A DNA stretch of 64,000 nucleotides from an uncultured Eubacteriales bacterium (GTDB lineage Bacteria; Acidobacteriota; Aminicenantia; Aminicenantales; Saccharicenantaceae), in NCBI GenBank assembly GCA_964422165.1, contig CAYQZX010000029.1, positions 24,165 to 88,164 of the forward strand, read 5' to 3'. A model generated the notes under the pieces. The model did not search any database and had not been told where the DNA came from. It saw nothing but the letters and a program-made list of their open reading frames with translations. Each line of letters begins with the position of its first letter. Positions within the stretch are counted from its first letter, which is position 1. The position numbers and the translations under genes are program-made. Of the stretch, positions 9,607 to 18,962 are shown one piece after another.

Positions 9607-11173
9607 TCCGGCCTCCTGTAGCTATGAACCTCATAGCATCGGGCAGGAATTTTATCAGGTCGGTGGCTGTCAGGCTTTTCTGACCAACTTTTTCCGCCGC
9701 CAGGTCTCCACTCAGACCATGAACAAAAACGGCATTGACCACCGCTTGAAGCAGGTCCCTGACCTGCATGGCTTCTGAAGCTATCAACCCGGAAAGGACA
9801 TCACCGGTACCGCCGGAAGCCATCCCCGGATTTCCAGTAGGATTTACCTTAACCTTACCATCCGGGGAGCAGATAAGAGTGCGGTAGCCTTTTAATACCA
9901 GATTAACCCTGTAGTTTCGGGCAAACTCCGGGCCCAGCTCCAGCTTTTTTTTCAGGATTTCTGCAGTACTCAATCCTGTCAGACGAGAAAATTCTCCCGG
10001 GTGAGGCGTGAGAATGGTCTTCTCAGGCAGAAACTTTAAGATTTCTGGACGGGTTGAGATTACGTTGAGACCGTCAGCATCAATTACCACCGGTTTTTGG
10101 AATTTTCTGATTTTAGCCAGAAGCTCAAGCACCAGGGTTATGGTTTGAGGATGGGTTGAAAGCCCGGGACCGATAAGCAGAGCATCTTTGCCCTCAAGAA
10201 GCTCCAAAACCCGGGGTAGAGCTTTTTCTGAAATGGTTTTAGAGTCAGTCTCCGGCAGAGCTTCAGTCATTAGTTCAGGACAGGTTCTGGCAATCAAAGG
10301 TAGCATGCTTTCAGCAGTGGCCACCGTTACCAGACCGGCCCCCATCCTTAAAGCCGCTTTACCAGCCATAGCCGCAGCTCCAGTCTTACCACGGGAACCG
10401 GCCAGAATCAGAAGATGTCCGTAAGTACCTTTATGGCTGTCAGGTTTTCTCGGTTGAAAATATGGTATGAGCGCCTCAAGCTCCACCAGTTCCAAGTTAA
10501 GACCTGGTCGGTCAAACAGAAAGGGAGGCAGGCTTATATCAGCCACCACCAGCTCTCCGACGAACTCTTCAGCCGGCGGAAAGAGATGAGCGATTTTAGG
10601 AGCACCCAGAGTTACCGTCAGGTCAGCCCGGACACAGGGCCCGATGAGCTCAAAAGTGTCAGCCGAAAGCCCGGAAGGAATATCCACTGAAACCACAAAA
10701 GCTCCTGAATCGTTGATCGCATTAACCACCTCGGCATACAGGCCCTCAAGAGAGCTGTTCAAACCAGTGCCAAACATAGCGTCTACAATCACTGGGGTTT
10801 TCTGAAGTAATTTCCGGGCTTTTTTCCAGTCTGCTAAATTCTTTACTTCAATGATATTAACTCCGATTTTGCGGGCAATTTTAAGGTTAATAGCGGCATC
10901 CCCTCTAACCTCAGCAGCTGAACCTATGAGTAAGACCGGGCAATCCAAACCCTGATTGTGAAGATGCCTGGCCACTACCAGCCCATCTCCACCATTATTC
11001 CCCTTGCCAGCTACCACTACCACCCTCATTCCGGCTTTTACTGCCAGCTCCTCCCTGAGGACAGCCGTCACCTGAAGGCCGGCATTTTCCATCAGAACAG
11101 GTCCCGGAATACCGATTTCTTCGATGGCAATTCGGTCAATCTCTTTCATTTGAACAGAGGTAAGAATTTTCAT
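9596..11173 (-). CDS. nnr: bifunctional NAD(P)H-hydrate repair enzyme (epimerase/ADP-dependent dehydratase)
   Basis: 525 aa with an N-terminal YjeF_N motif (VVVAGKGNNGGDG) and a C-terminal carbohydrate-kinase-like domain (GSRGKTGAAAMAG, GTGDVLSG). Confidence 0.9.
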   Translation of the reverse strand: MKILTSVQMKEIDRIAIEEIGIPGPVLMENAGLQVTAVLREELAVKAGMRVVVVAGKGNNGGDGLVVARHLHNQGLDCPVLLIGSAAEVRGDAAINLKIARKIGVNIIEVKNLADWKKARKLLQKTPVIVDAMFGTGLNSSLEGLYAEVVNAINDSGAFVVSVDIPSGLSADTFELIGPCVRADLTVTLGAPKIAHLFPPAEEFVGELVVADISLPPFLFDRPGLNLELVELEALIPYFQPRKPDSHKGTYGHLLILAGSRGKTGAAAMAGKAALRMGAGLVTVATAESMLPLIARTCPELMTEALPETDSKTISEKALPRVLELLEGKDALLIGPGLSTHPQTITLVLELLAKIRKFQKPVVIDADGLNVISTRPEILKFLPEKTILTPHPGEFSRLTGLSTAEILKKKLELGPEFARNYRVNLVLKGYRTLICSPDGKVKVNPTGNPGMASGGTGDVLSGLIASEAMQVRDLLQAVVNAVFVHGLSGDLAAEKVGQKSLTATDLIKFLPDAMRFIATGGRNET

Positions 11174-11335
11174 GCCAGTTCACCTCAACCTTAGAGAATC
11201 TTATCACAAAAATTCAGGTCGAATAAAGTTTATCTGAGGTCCTGGTTGAGGTTTATCTAATTAAATTTCTTGATAAAATTCCAACCTTATGATAGAAATA
11301 ACATACCAGAAGAAAACACAAATTACAGAAATTAA

Positions 11336-12355
<1,020 letters not shown>

Positions 12356-12391
12356 ATAGCGGAAAAGCATAGAATTTCCGCGGAGGAAAAA

Positions 12392-13570
12392 ATGAAATTC
12401 CTGGAAGAAATAGAGGTTAAAGGCAAGACAGTCTTTTTACGAGTAGACTTTAACGTCCCTTTAGACGAAAACCTGAACATTAGAGATGACACCCGAATTG
12501 TGGCCTCCCTGCCTACCATCAAGTACCTGCTGGAAAAAGGAGCCAGACTGGTAGTGGCTTCCCACCTGGGCCGTCCTAAGGGGCAGTTCAATCCAAAAAT
12601 GAGCCTCAAGCCGGTAGCCGTCCACCTTCAACAGCTCCTTCCGGGAACTAAAGTCATTATGGCACCGGATGTAGTCGGACCAGAAGTTGACCGAATCAAA
12701 TCTGAACTCAAAGATGGAGAGCTGCTTCTTCTGGAGAACGTCAGATTTTACAAGCAGGAAACCGATAACGACCTGGAATTTGCCCGAAAGCTGGCTGAAG
12801 GCTGTGAAGTTTTAATTAATGATGCCTTTGGTTCCTGCCACCGAGCCCATGCTTCAGTAGTGGGTATCGCTTCTTTTGTCAGAGAAAAAGCTGCCGGTTA
12901 TCTTCTGAAAAAAGAAGTAGACTATCTGAGTCGTATAACCCACAACCCGGAAAAACCTTTCGTTGCCATCCTCGGCGGGGCTAAAATTGAAGATAAAATT
13001 CCGGTTCTGGAAAGCCTGGTCGGGAAAGCCGATGCCGTGCTTATCGGTGGGGCTATGGCTTATACTTTTCTTAAAGCCCAGGGAAAGCAGGTGGGCAAGT
13101 CGCTGGTAGAAGAAGATAAACTGGAAATTGCCCGCGAAATAATGAAAAAAGCTGAAGACTGCAGGGTAAAATTTTTGCTCCCGCAGGACCATGTTCTGAC
13201 CACAGCCATTGACAGTCAGACTGTATCCGCTGTAGCTGACTCCTACCCATTTCCAGAAGATCTAATGGCTGTGGACATCGGACCGAAAACTATAGCTGAA
13301 TACAAAATGCTGATTCAGAGTGCCAGAACCATTTTCTGGAATGGCCCCTTAGGTGTGTTTGAGGTGCCAGCTTTTGCTAAAGGTACGGTGGAGATTGCCC
13401 AAGCCGTAGCCGGGTCTGAAGCTCTTTCAGTGGTGGGTGGGGGCGATTCCATCGCGGCCATTCACCAGGCCGGGGTGGCTGATCGTATAAGTCATATCTC
13501 TACTGGCGGTGGAGCTTCGCTGGAATTTGTGGCCTACGGGACACTGCCTGGTATTGAAGCTCTTAAATAA
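12392..13570 (+). CDS. pgk: phosphoglycerate kinase
   Basis: 392 aa with RVDFNVPL, SHLGRPKG and STGGGASLEF. Confidence 0.95.
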   Translation: MKFLEEIEVKGKTVFLRVDFNVPLDENLNIRDDTRIVASLPTIKYLLEKGARLVVASHLGRPKGQFNPKMSLKPVAVHLQQLLPGTKVIMAPDVVGPEVDRIKSELKDGELLLLENVRFYKQETDNDLEFARKLAEGCEVLINDAFGSCHRAHASVVGIASFVREKAAGYLLKKEVDYLSRITHNPEKPFVAILGGAKIEDKIPVLESLVGKADAVLIGGAMAYTFLKAQGKQVGKSLVEEDKLEIAREIMKKAEDCRVKFLLPQDHVLTTAIDSQTVSAVADSYPFPEDLMAVDIGPKTIAEYKMLIQSARTIFWNGPLGVFEVPAFAKGTVEIAQAVAGSEALSVVGGGDSIAAIHQAGVADRISHISTGGGASLEFVAYGTLPGIEALK

Positions 13571-13598
13571 AAACCAAAACATTAACAGGTCAGGGAAA

Positions 13599-14378
13599 AT
13601 GCGTCTTTGGTCAAAACCGGTTGTGGCCGGAAACTGGAAAATGCATAAAACTATTGCTGAAGCCAGAGAACTGGCAGCAGCGGTAGTCAGGGAATATCAA
13701 GCAGCCAGTCCGGCTACTCTAATCTTGATTCCGCCATTTACCAGCTTGCAGGAAGTTAAAAAGGCTGTAGCCGGCACCACCATCCGGGTTGGAGCTCAGG
13801 ATGTCTTCTGGGAAGACCAGGGAGCTTATACCGGGGAAATTTCTCCCCCTCAGCTCAAAGAGGCAGGTTGCGAATTTGTGGTAATTGGACATTCAGAAAG
13901 AAGACAGTTGTTCGGTGAAACTGACGAAACCGTGAGGAAAAAAACAACAGCTTCCCTGAAACATGGTCTGGTCCCGATAGTTTGCATTGGAGAAACCTTA
14001 GAAGAGAGAGAAAAAGGAGCCACCCTCTCTAAAATTAAAATCCAGTTGGAAAGTAGCTTGTTTACCCTTTCAGAATCTGAATTTAACCGGGTTCTGCTGG
14101 CATATGAACCAATCTGGGCAATAGGTACTGGAAAGAATGCCACTCCTGAGCAGGCCGAGGAAGTTCATTCCTACATAAGAAGTTTAATCAGACAGAAGTA
14201 TGGAAAATCAGCTGCTGATTGTGCTATAATTTTATACGGTGGCTCGGTCAAACCGGCCAACGCCTTTTCCTTAGCCAGGGAAAAGGATGTAGACGGATTC
14301 CTGGTGGGCGGAGCTTCTCTTGAAGCTGAGTCCTTTCTGGGGATAGCCAGAGAAGCTGTCCGCGCTAAAGAGGGATAA
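13599..14378 (+). CDS. tpiA: triose-phosphate isomerase
   Basis: [25 protein letters not shown] and VGGASL are present. I use ATG 13599 ([16 protein letters not shown]) rather than the ORF-track start at 13509, which overlaps pgk. Confidence 0.93.
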   Translation: MRLWSKPVVAGNWKMHKTIAEARELAAAVVREYQAASPATLILIPPFTSLQEVKKAVAGTTIRVGAQDVFWEDQGAYTGEISPPQLKEAGCEFVVIGHSERRQLFGETDETVRKKTTASLKHGLVPIVCIGETLEEREKGATLSKIKIQLESSLFTLSESEFNRVLLAYEPIWAIGTGKNATPEQAEEVHSYIRSLIRQKYGKSAADCAIILYGGSVKPANAFSLAREKDVDGFLVGGASLEAESFLGIAREAVRAKEG

Positions 14379-14379
14379 A

Positions 14380-14754
14380 GTGGTAGCTTTACTTGTCATC
14401 ATTCACGTTATTATCTGTGTCGTTCTTATTCTGGCCGTATTGCTGCAGTCTGGAAAGGCAGCCGACCTGGCCGGTGCTTTCGGTGGAGTTGGCAGTCAGA
14501 CAGCTTTTGGCCCCCGGGGTGCTCAGACCCTGCTGGGCAAAATAACCACTGTCTGTGCCATACTTTTTATGATTACCTCTCTTGGCCTGTGGCTGGTTTC
14601 GGGGAAAAGTTCATCAGTGGTTAAAAACCTCCCAACCAAAGAATCCCCTGCAGCTACCCAGGCTCAGCCTGTAACGCAGGAAGAAAAACCAGCAGCGACT
14701 CAGACCGGGGCTGAGAAAACCGAACAGAAAAAAGAAGACCAGAACCAGAAATAG
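14380..14754 (+). CDS. secG: preprotein translocase subunit SecG
   Basis: 124 aa with a GTG start 2 nt after the tpiA stop. It has two TM segments and the [16 protein letters not shown] motif typical of SecG. Confidence 0.85.
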   Translation: MVALLVIIHVIICVVLILAVLLQSGKAADLAGAFGGVGSQTAFGPRGAQTLLGKITTVCAILFMITSLGLWLVSGKSSSVVKNLPTKESPAATQAQPVTQEEKPAATQTGAEKTEQKKEDQNQK

Positions 14755-14768
14755 AAATATCAAGGAAT

Positions 14769-14856
14769 GCCGAAGTGGTGGAATTGGCAGACACGCTAGC
14801 TTGAGGGGCTAGTTCCCGCAAAAATGGGAGTAGGGGTTCGAGTCCCCTCTTCGGCA
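14769..14856 (+). tRNA. tRNA-Leu (anticodon GAG), class II with long variable arm; no encoded CCA
   Basis: Hand fold: acceptor GCCGAAG/CTTCGGC, anticodon stem CTAGC/GCTAG with loop TTGAGGG (GAG), variable arm TCCC..GGGA, T arm AGGGG-TTCGAGT-CCCCT, discriminator A. A T-run follows. Confidence 0.93.
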
Positions 14857-14916
14857 TTCTTTTTTTTATGAGTGTAAAATGTATCATTTAAAACATTAAT
14901 TCTGGAGGGGATCAAA

Positions 14917-16173
14917 ATGCGCCTGAAAACAGGGTTCTTTCTTTTTATATTTTTTATATCACTGACCTCAAAACTTCCCGCTACCCCAGATGAACTGTCT
15001 GGCCAGCCGGAAGGACGGTCGGTAGTGGCACTTCGGGTTTTTCAAAAAAACAATTTTGTCAGGAATCTTAAACCAGAAGATTTTGAGGTTCTGGAGAACG
15101 GAATCCCAAGAAAAATAGAATCGATCTATCTGGTGGAAAAATCACAGGTTTTGAGGCTTCAGGAAAATCAGCCCATAGCCTTGGATGTTCACAACAACTA
15201 CTACATTATTGTTCAGGCCAGTGAATACGACCGCAAGCTGGGCGAGGCGGTTAGTTATCTAATCAACAATTACTTTCAAACCGGTGACAGCTTAACGGTA
15301 ATTACTCCGATTAAAGTTTACCGGTTTAATCCGGAAACTCTCTCCAGAAGACCCCGTTCCGAGGTCAGCAAAGAATTGCAGAATATCATGAGAACCGACA
15401 TTATCAGAGGCTCAAGAGACTATAATTCTCTGCTTCTTGACCTCAAAAGGCTGACCCGGTCTCTGGTCAGTTTTGGTGGAGAAAGAGCCGGAGCCGACCC
15501 GGAGGTAGAAAATGAGATGGACACCACCACGACTCAGGATTTTGGTATCGAGCAACTTCTTGGCCGCTATAAATATACTCTGGAAAAACTGGACGGGTTG
15601 AGGTTAGTTGACCAGAATAAATTCCTGGATTTTGCCGATTCCCTGAAGAAAACCTCCGGTCAAAACGTGGTCTTTTTTTTCTACCAGAGAGAATTCCGGC
15701 CGGAATTGAGTCCCCGCATTATTAACCAGATGATGTCTGTATACCAGGATTATCCCCACGTTTTAAGCCTGCTAATGGAATTATTCCAATTCTATCGCCG
15801 GGAAAACAAAATGGATAAAAAGCTCTTGGGCGAGGCCATGTCTGACTCCGGAGCTCTTTTCAATTTCATCTACCTTAACAAAAAACCTGAGAGAATAACC
15901 GGCGTGGTAATGAACGAGCAATCCGAAGATGTTTTCGAAACTCTTTCTGTGCTGGCCAGAGCCACTGGTGGGATTATAGACCAAACTTTCAATCCACTTG
16001 AAGGAATAAAAAAGTCAGCCGAGAACATGTCTTCTTATTATCTTATTTTCTATTTTTCTGAGCCCTCTCAGCTAAGCCCGGAGTTTTGCCAGGTTCAGGT
16101 GAACCTCAAAGGCCGTCCTGAGCTTCAGGTTCGACACCGGTGGGGCTATTTCCCCGAGAGTCAGAAATATTGA
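14917..16173 (+). CDS. secreted protein, VWFA-related (acidobacterial-type) domain family
   Basis: 418 aa with a good SD (ggagggg) and a signal peptide. The N-terminal VVALRVFQKNNFVRNLKPEDFEVLENGIPRKIES and the C-terminal YYLIFY...VRHRWGYF resemble the VWFA-related acidobacterial domain family. The function call is from memory and tentative. Confidence 0.55.
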   Translation: MRLKTGFFLFIFFISLTSKLPATPDELSGQPEGRSVVALRVFQKNNFVRNLKPEDFEVLENGIPRKIESIYLVEKSQVLRLQENQPIALDVHNNYYIIVQASEYDRKLGEAVSYLINNYFQTGDSLTVITPIKVYRFNPETLSRRPRSEVSKELQNIMRTDIIRGSRDYNSLLLDLKRLTRSLVSFGGERAGADPEVENEMDTTTTQDFGIEQLLGRYKYTLEKLDGLRLVDQNKFLDFADSLKKTSGQNVVFFFYQREFRPELSPRIINQMMSVYQDYPHVLSLLMELFQFYRRENKMDKKLLGEAMSDSGALFNFIYLNKKPERITGVVMNEQSEDVFETLSVLARATGGIIDQTFNPLEGIKKSAENMSSYYLIFYFSEPSQLSPEFCQVQVNLKGRPELQVRHRWGYFPESQKY

Positions 16174-16185
16174 AGTTCCGGAAAA

Positions 16186-16635
16186 TCAGGTTAACCGGGC
16201 TACCCATAGAGCCAGGTCTGTTTCAGACATTGCTCCCGAAGTTCTTCCCCTTTCCGTGTCTTTGTGGAAAACTATGAAGGTTGGCACAGCCTCTATACCC
16301 AGCAGGGTGGCCAGGTCAGGAAACTTATCCACATCTACTTTTACCACCATTACCTCACCGGCTCGACGCCTGGCCAGCCTTTCCAGAATTGGAGCCATCA
16401 TCCAGCAGGGACCACAGTTATTAGAAAAGAAATCGACCAGAACCGGTAAACTAGACCTGGAAATTAGATTTCTGAACTGAACCTGATTGACCGAAACGAC
16501 ATCACCAGGTCGGGGGAGTGGGCTTCGGCAGCGTCCGCAGACCACAGTTTTTTCACCCGGGTTTTCAGGGTAATAATTGGTTTGACCGCATTGAAAACAG
16601 CTGACCTTAATTTTCTTAGTGCTCATGGGTTCCAT
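16186..16635 (-). CDS. trxC: thioredoxin, Trx2/TrxC-type with N-terminal zinc-finger
   Basis: N-terminal CFQCGQTN..CGRCRSPL (two CxxC pairs) and active site NNCGPCWMM. The start is uncertain: TTG 16647, ATG 16635 or ATG 16626. Confidence 0.85.
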   Translation of the reverse strand: MEPMSTKKIKVSCFQCGQTNYYPENPGEKTVVCGRCRSPLPRPGDVVSVNQVQFRNLISRSSLPVLVDFFSNNCGPCWMMAPILERLARRRAGEVMVVKVDVDKFPDLATLLGIEAVPTFIVFHKDTERGRTSGAMSETDLALWVARLT

Positions 16636-16779
16636 AATCCCTGGCAAAAAATCAATAGAAAAATTCTAACCGCAAAATTCTCTAAAAGCAACCTGATATA
16701 ATCAGGGGTCAAATTTCTCCCAGAATTTATTTCAGAAAATCTTAGCTCCAGTCTGAGTTTAAAAAGATTCTAAAAAAAT

Positions 16780-17958
16780 TCAGGGCAATAAGTCAGCTAT
16801 TATGGAATTGGAAATAAGAATTTTATCGGCTGGAATTTTCAATCTCTGCCCTTCCCTGACCAGAAGACCAAGCTCTATCAGTCGCTGGAGATTTTTTTCC
16901 CAGGGAGAAAAATCCACACCGGGATATTCCTTTTTGAGCTGGTCCCAGTTAATCCCCTTTCGCAATCTCAACCCGAAGGTAACTCTTTCCTTCAAACAGT
17001 CCAGTGGTTTCAACTCCAGAAACTCTCCCGACTGTCCAGCCCGTTTCCATAAATCAAGCCAGCTTTCCGGATGCAGTGGATTTTGCCATCGATAATGGCT
17101 CAGGTGAGAAGCCGCCGCTGGGCCCAGTCCCAGAAAAGGCCGGTATTCCCAGTATTTGAGATTGTGAAGGCATTGAAAACCAGGTTTGGAAAAATTGGAT
17201 ATTTCATACTGCACCCAGCCCAATCTTTCCAGTTCAATCCTGTAGTGTTCGTAAGTTAGGGCTAACTGCTCTTCAGATAATCGGTCTTTCTCCTGGATCT
17301 TGCCGAACGGCCCGTTCTCCACCTCTTCAAGTAAATAAACCGAAACATGCTCCGGCTTCAATCGGTTCAAGAAATCCAGGTTAGACTTCACAGTTTTGGT
17401 TGACTCTCCCGGTACTCCTATAATTAAGTCCAGGTTCAGATTAGAGCAGCCGGCCTGCCTGATTTTTTCTACCAGCAACTCAACCTCTTCCGGGTAGTAG
17501 GCTCTGTTGAGAACCGACAGAACTTTTCGGTCAAAGGATTGAACCCCGAGGCTCAATCTGGTCAGTCCGGCTTCCAGCCAGTTTTCCACTCTGGAAGTTA
17601 TAAAGGAGGGATGAATTTCCAGGGTGGCTTCCACCAGTTCAACTTTGAAAGCTTCTCTTAACCAGGTTTGAATTAAAATGATTTCCTTAGCTTTGAGCAG
17701 CGAGGGAGTACCTCCTCCAAAATAAAGTGTTTTTACCACAAGATGTTCAGAAAGATATCGGGCTAGCAGTTCTATTTCTTTTTTTAATTCGCTCAGCCAC
17801 AGCAGATGCCGGTCATCATTGTACTGATAACTATTAAAATGACAGTAAGGGCACTTTGCCTGGCAGAATGGATAGTGGAGATAAAGACCAACTTCTAACT
17901 CTGATTTTGGGTAATAAAATTTTAGGCTTTTGCTTATTTTTTCTAATAATTCTTGCAT
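16780..17958 (-). CDS. hemW: radical SAM heme chaperone HemW (HemN-like, oxygen-independent coproporphyrinogen oxidase family)
   Basis: 392 aa with the radical-SAM cluster motif YLHYPFCQAKCPYCHF and GGGTPS. Confidence 0.85.
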   Translation of the reverse strand: MQELLEKISKSLKFYYPKSELEVGLYLHYPFCQAKCPYCHFNSYQYNDDRHLLWLSELKKEIELLARYLSEHLVVKTLYFGGGTPSLLKAKEIILIQTWLREAFKVELVEATLEIHPSFITSRVENWLEAGLTRLSLGVQSFDRKVLSVLNRAYYPEEVELLVEKIRQAGCSNLNLDLIIGVPGESTKTVKSNLDFLNRLKPEHVSVYLLEEVENGPFGKIQEKDRLSEEQLALTYEHYRIELERLGWVQYEISNFSKPGFQCLHNLKYWEYRPFLGLGPAAASHLSHYRWQNPLHPESWLDLWKRAGQSGEFLELKPLDCLKERVTFGLRLRKGINWDQLKKEYPGVDFSPWEKNLQRLIELGLLVREGQRLKIPADKILISNSIIADLLP

Positions 17959-17993
17959 TGGAATGACGAACTCTGAAGGTGGCTACCTAAAAT

Positions 17994-18455
17994 TCAACTG
18001 TGATAGCCAATAATAGCATAATAAAGAGCACGGTCAAAAAAGGTCACGATTCGATTGTAAAGTTCCAGGGCCTGATAAAGGTCTAGAACATTGTCAAGAA
18101 AACCTTCCGCTTGAATCTTATTCCAGAGCTGCTTTCTGATAAGGCAAAGAGCCAGAAAGATTTCAGGTAGAGAAAATCCTTCCCGCCGCCTGGTTTTGCC
18201 GAGTTCAACCCAGTATTTTTTCATTTCTTCTGAGTTCATTTCATAAGAAATCCAGCGGCCGAGCTGGCTGAATACCACAAAGGCCCTTTCGTAAACCTCC
18301 TGGTCAGGAAAAGAATGGTAGGTGGGCATGTTGGGGTTGGCTTTAACCTCTCGTAAATAGGCTCTGGTCAAGTCAGAAGCATTCTTTTCTATTAATTCGA
18401 CAAGTTTTCTGGAAACCGGCGGCAGAGCATTAGGTTCTTGTTGTAATTTATCCAT
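17994..18455 (-). CDS. hypothetical cytoplasmic helical protein (possibly RsbRD-N-like sensor domain)
   Basis: The ORF reaches 18500 with a TTG start, but ATG 18455 (MDKLQQ) has a gagggg SD. I recognise no firm motif. Confidence 0.45.
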   Translation of the reverse strand: MDKLQQEPNALPPVSRKLVELIEKNASDLTRAYLREVKANPNMPTYHSFPDQEVYERAFVVFSQLGRWISYEMNSEEMKKYWVELGKTRRREGFSLPEIFLALCLIRKQLWNKIQAEGFLDNVLDLYQALELYNRIVTFFDRALYYAIIGYHS

Positions 18456-18521
18456 CTTCCCCTCTGCTTTAAATCTAAGGCTGGTTTCTGGTGCTGTCAA
18501 ATCATTTAATTTTCAAAAAAA

Positions 18522-18595
18522 CGCGCCCGGGGAGATTCGAACTCCCGACCTCAGGATTCGAAGTCCTTCGCTCTATCCGGCTGAGCTACGGGCGC
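18522..18595 (-). tRNA. tRNA-Arg (anticodon TCG)
   Basis: The reverse complement folds as acceptor GCGCCCG/CGGGCGC, D arm GCTC..GAGC, anticodon loop CTTCGAA (TCG), T arm GGGAG-TTCGAAT-CTCCC, discriminator G. Confidence 0.93.
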
Positions 18596-18809
18596 AACGG
18601 TTTATATTAGCTCAGCATCAGGTTTTCTTCAAGGAAGAGATCTAATATAAATAAAGACCAGAATTTTATTATTTCCGTTAATTTTTGAAAAAAAGAAAAA
18701 GTAAAAATTGGTTAATTCAATTTTTTGAATTAAAATTCAAGCACCCGAATAAACTGGGTCTTTAAATTTTATAATATATTGATTATAAATAAAATAAACT
18801 AAAAAAAAT

Positions 18810-18824
18810 TGGCACAATATTTGC
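18810..18824 (+). promoter_or_regulatory. sigma-54 (-24/-12) promoter element TGGCAC-N5-TTGC
   Basis: TGGCACAATATTTGC matches the RpoN core (GG and GC spaced correctly) exactly. It lies in an AT-rich intergenic region about 140 nt upstream of the TonB-dependent-receptor-like ORF. A TATAAT hexamer (18827-18832) also overlaps downstream. Confidence 0.5.
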
Positions 18825-18962
18825 GTTATAATAGTGTGCTTCTTTTATTTATCCTATAAAAAGGAGGTGATAATAAAGGGAAGGGAGAAGAAAATCTATG
18901 GTCAATTTAGGCGTTAAATCTATGTAAAAGGAGGTAAAAGGAGGAAGCTTTTTAGAATTCTT

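Noticed and set aside
13509-13570. The tpiA reading frame is open 90 nt upstream of its ATG and overlaps the pgk 3' end, which recalls the PGK-TIM fusion reported in Thermotoga
   Set aside because: Thirty stop-free codons arise by chance about a quarter of the time. I see no slippery heptamer or downstream structure. ATG 13599 gives a normal TpiA N-terminus (VAGNWKMH).
18596-18962. AT-rich 360-bp region next to tRNA-Arg as a possible genomic-island boundary
   Set aside because: It abuts the 5' end of the tRNA rather than its 3' end. There is no integrase or direct repeat of the tRNA 3' end nearby. The region is better explained as the promoter and leader of the receptor gene.
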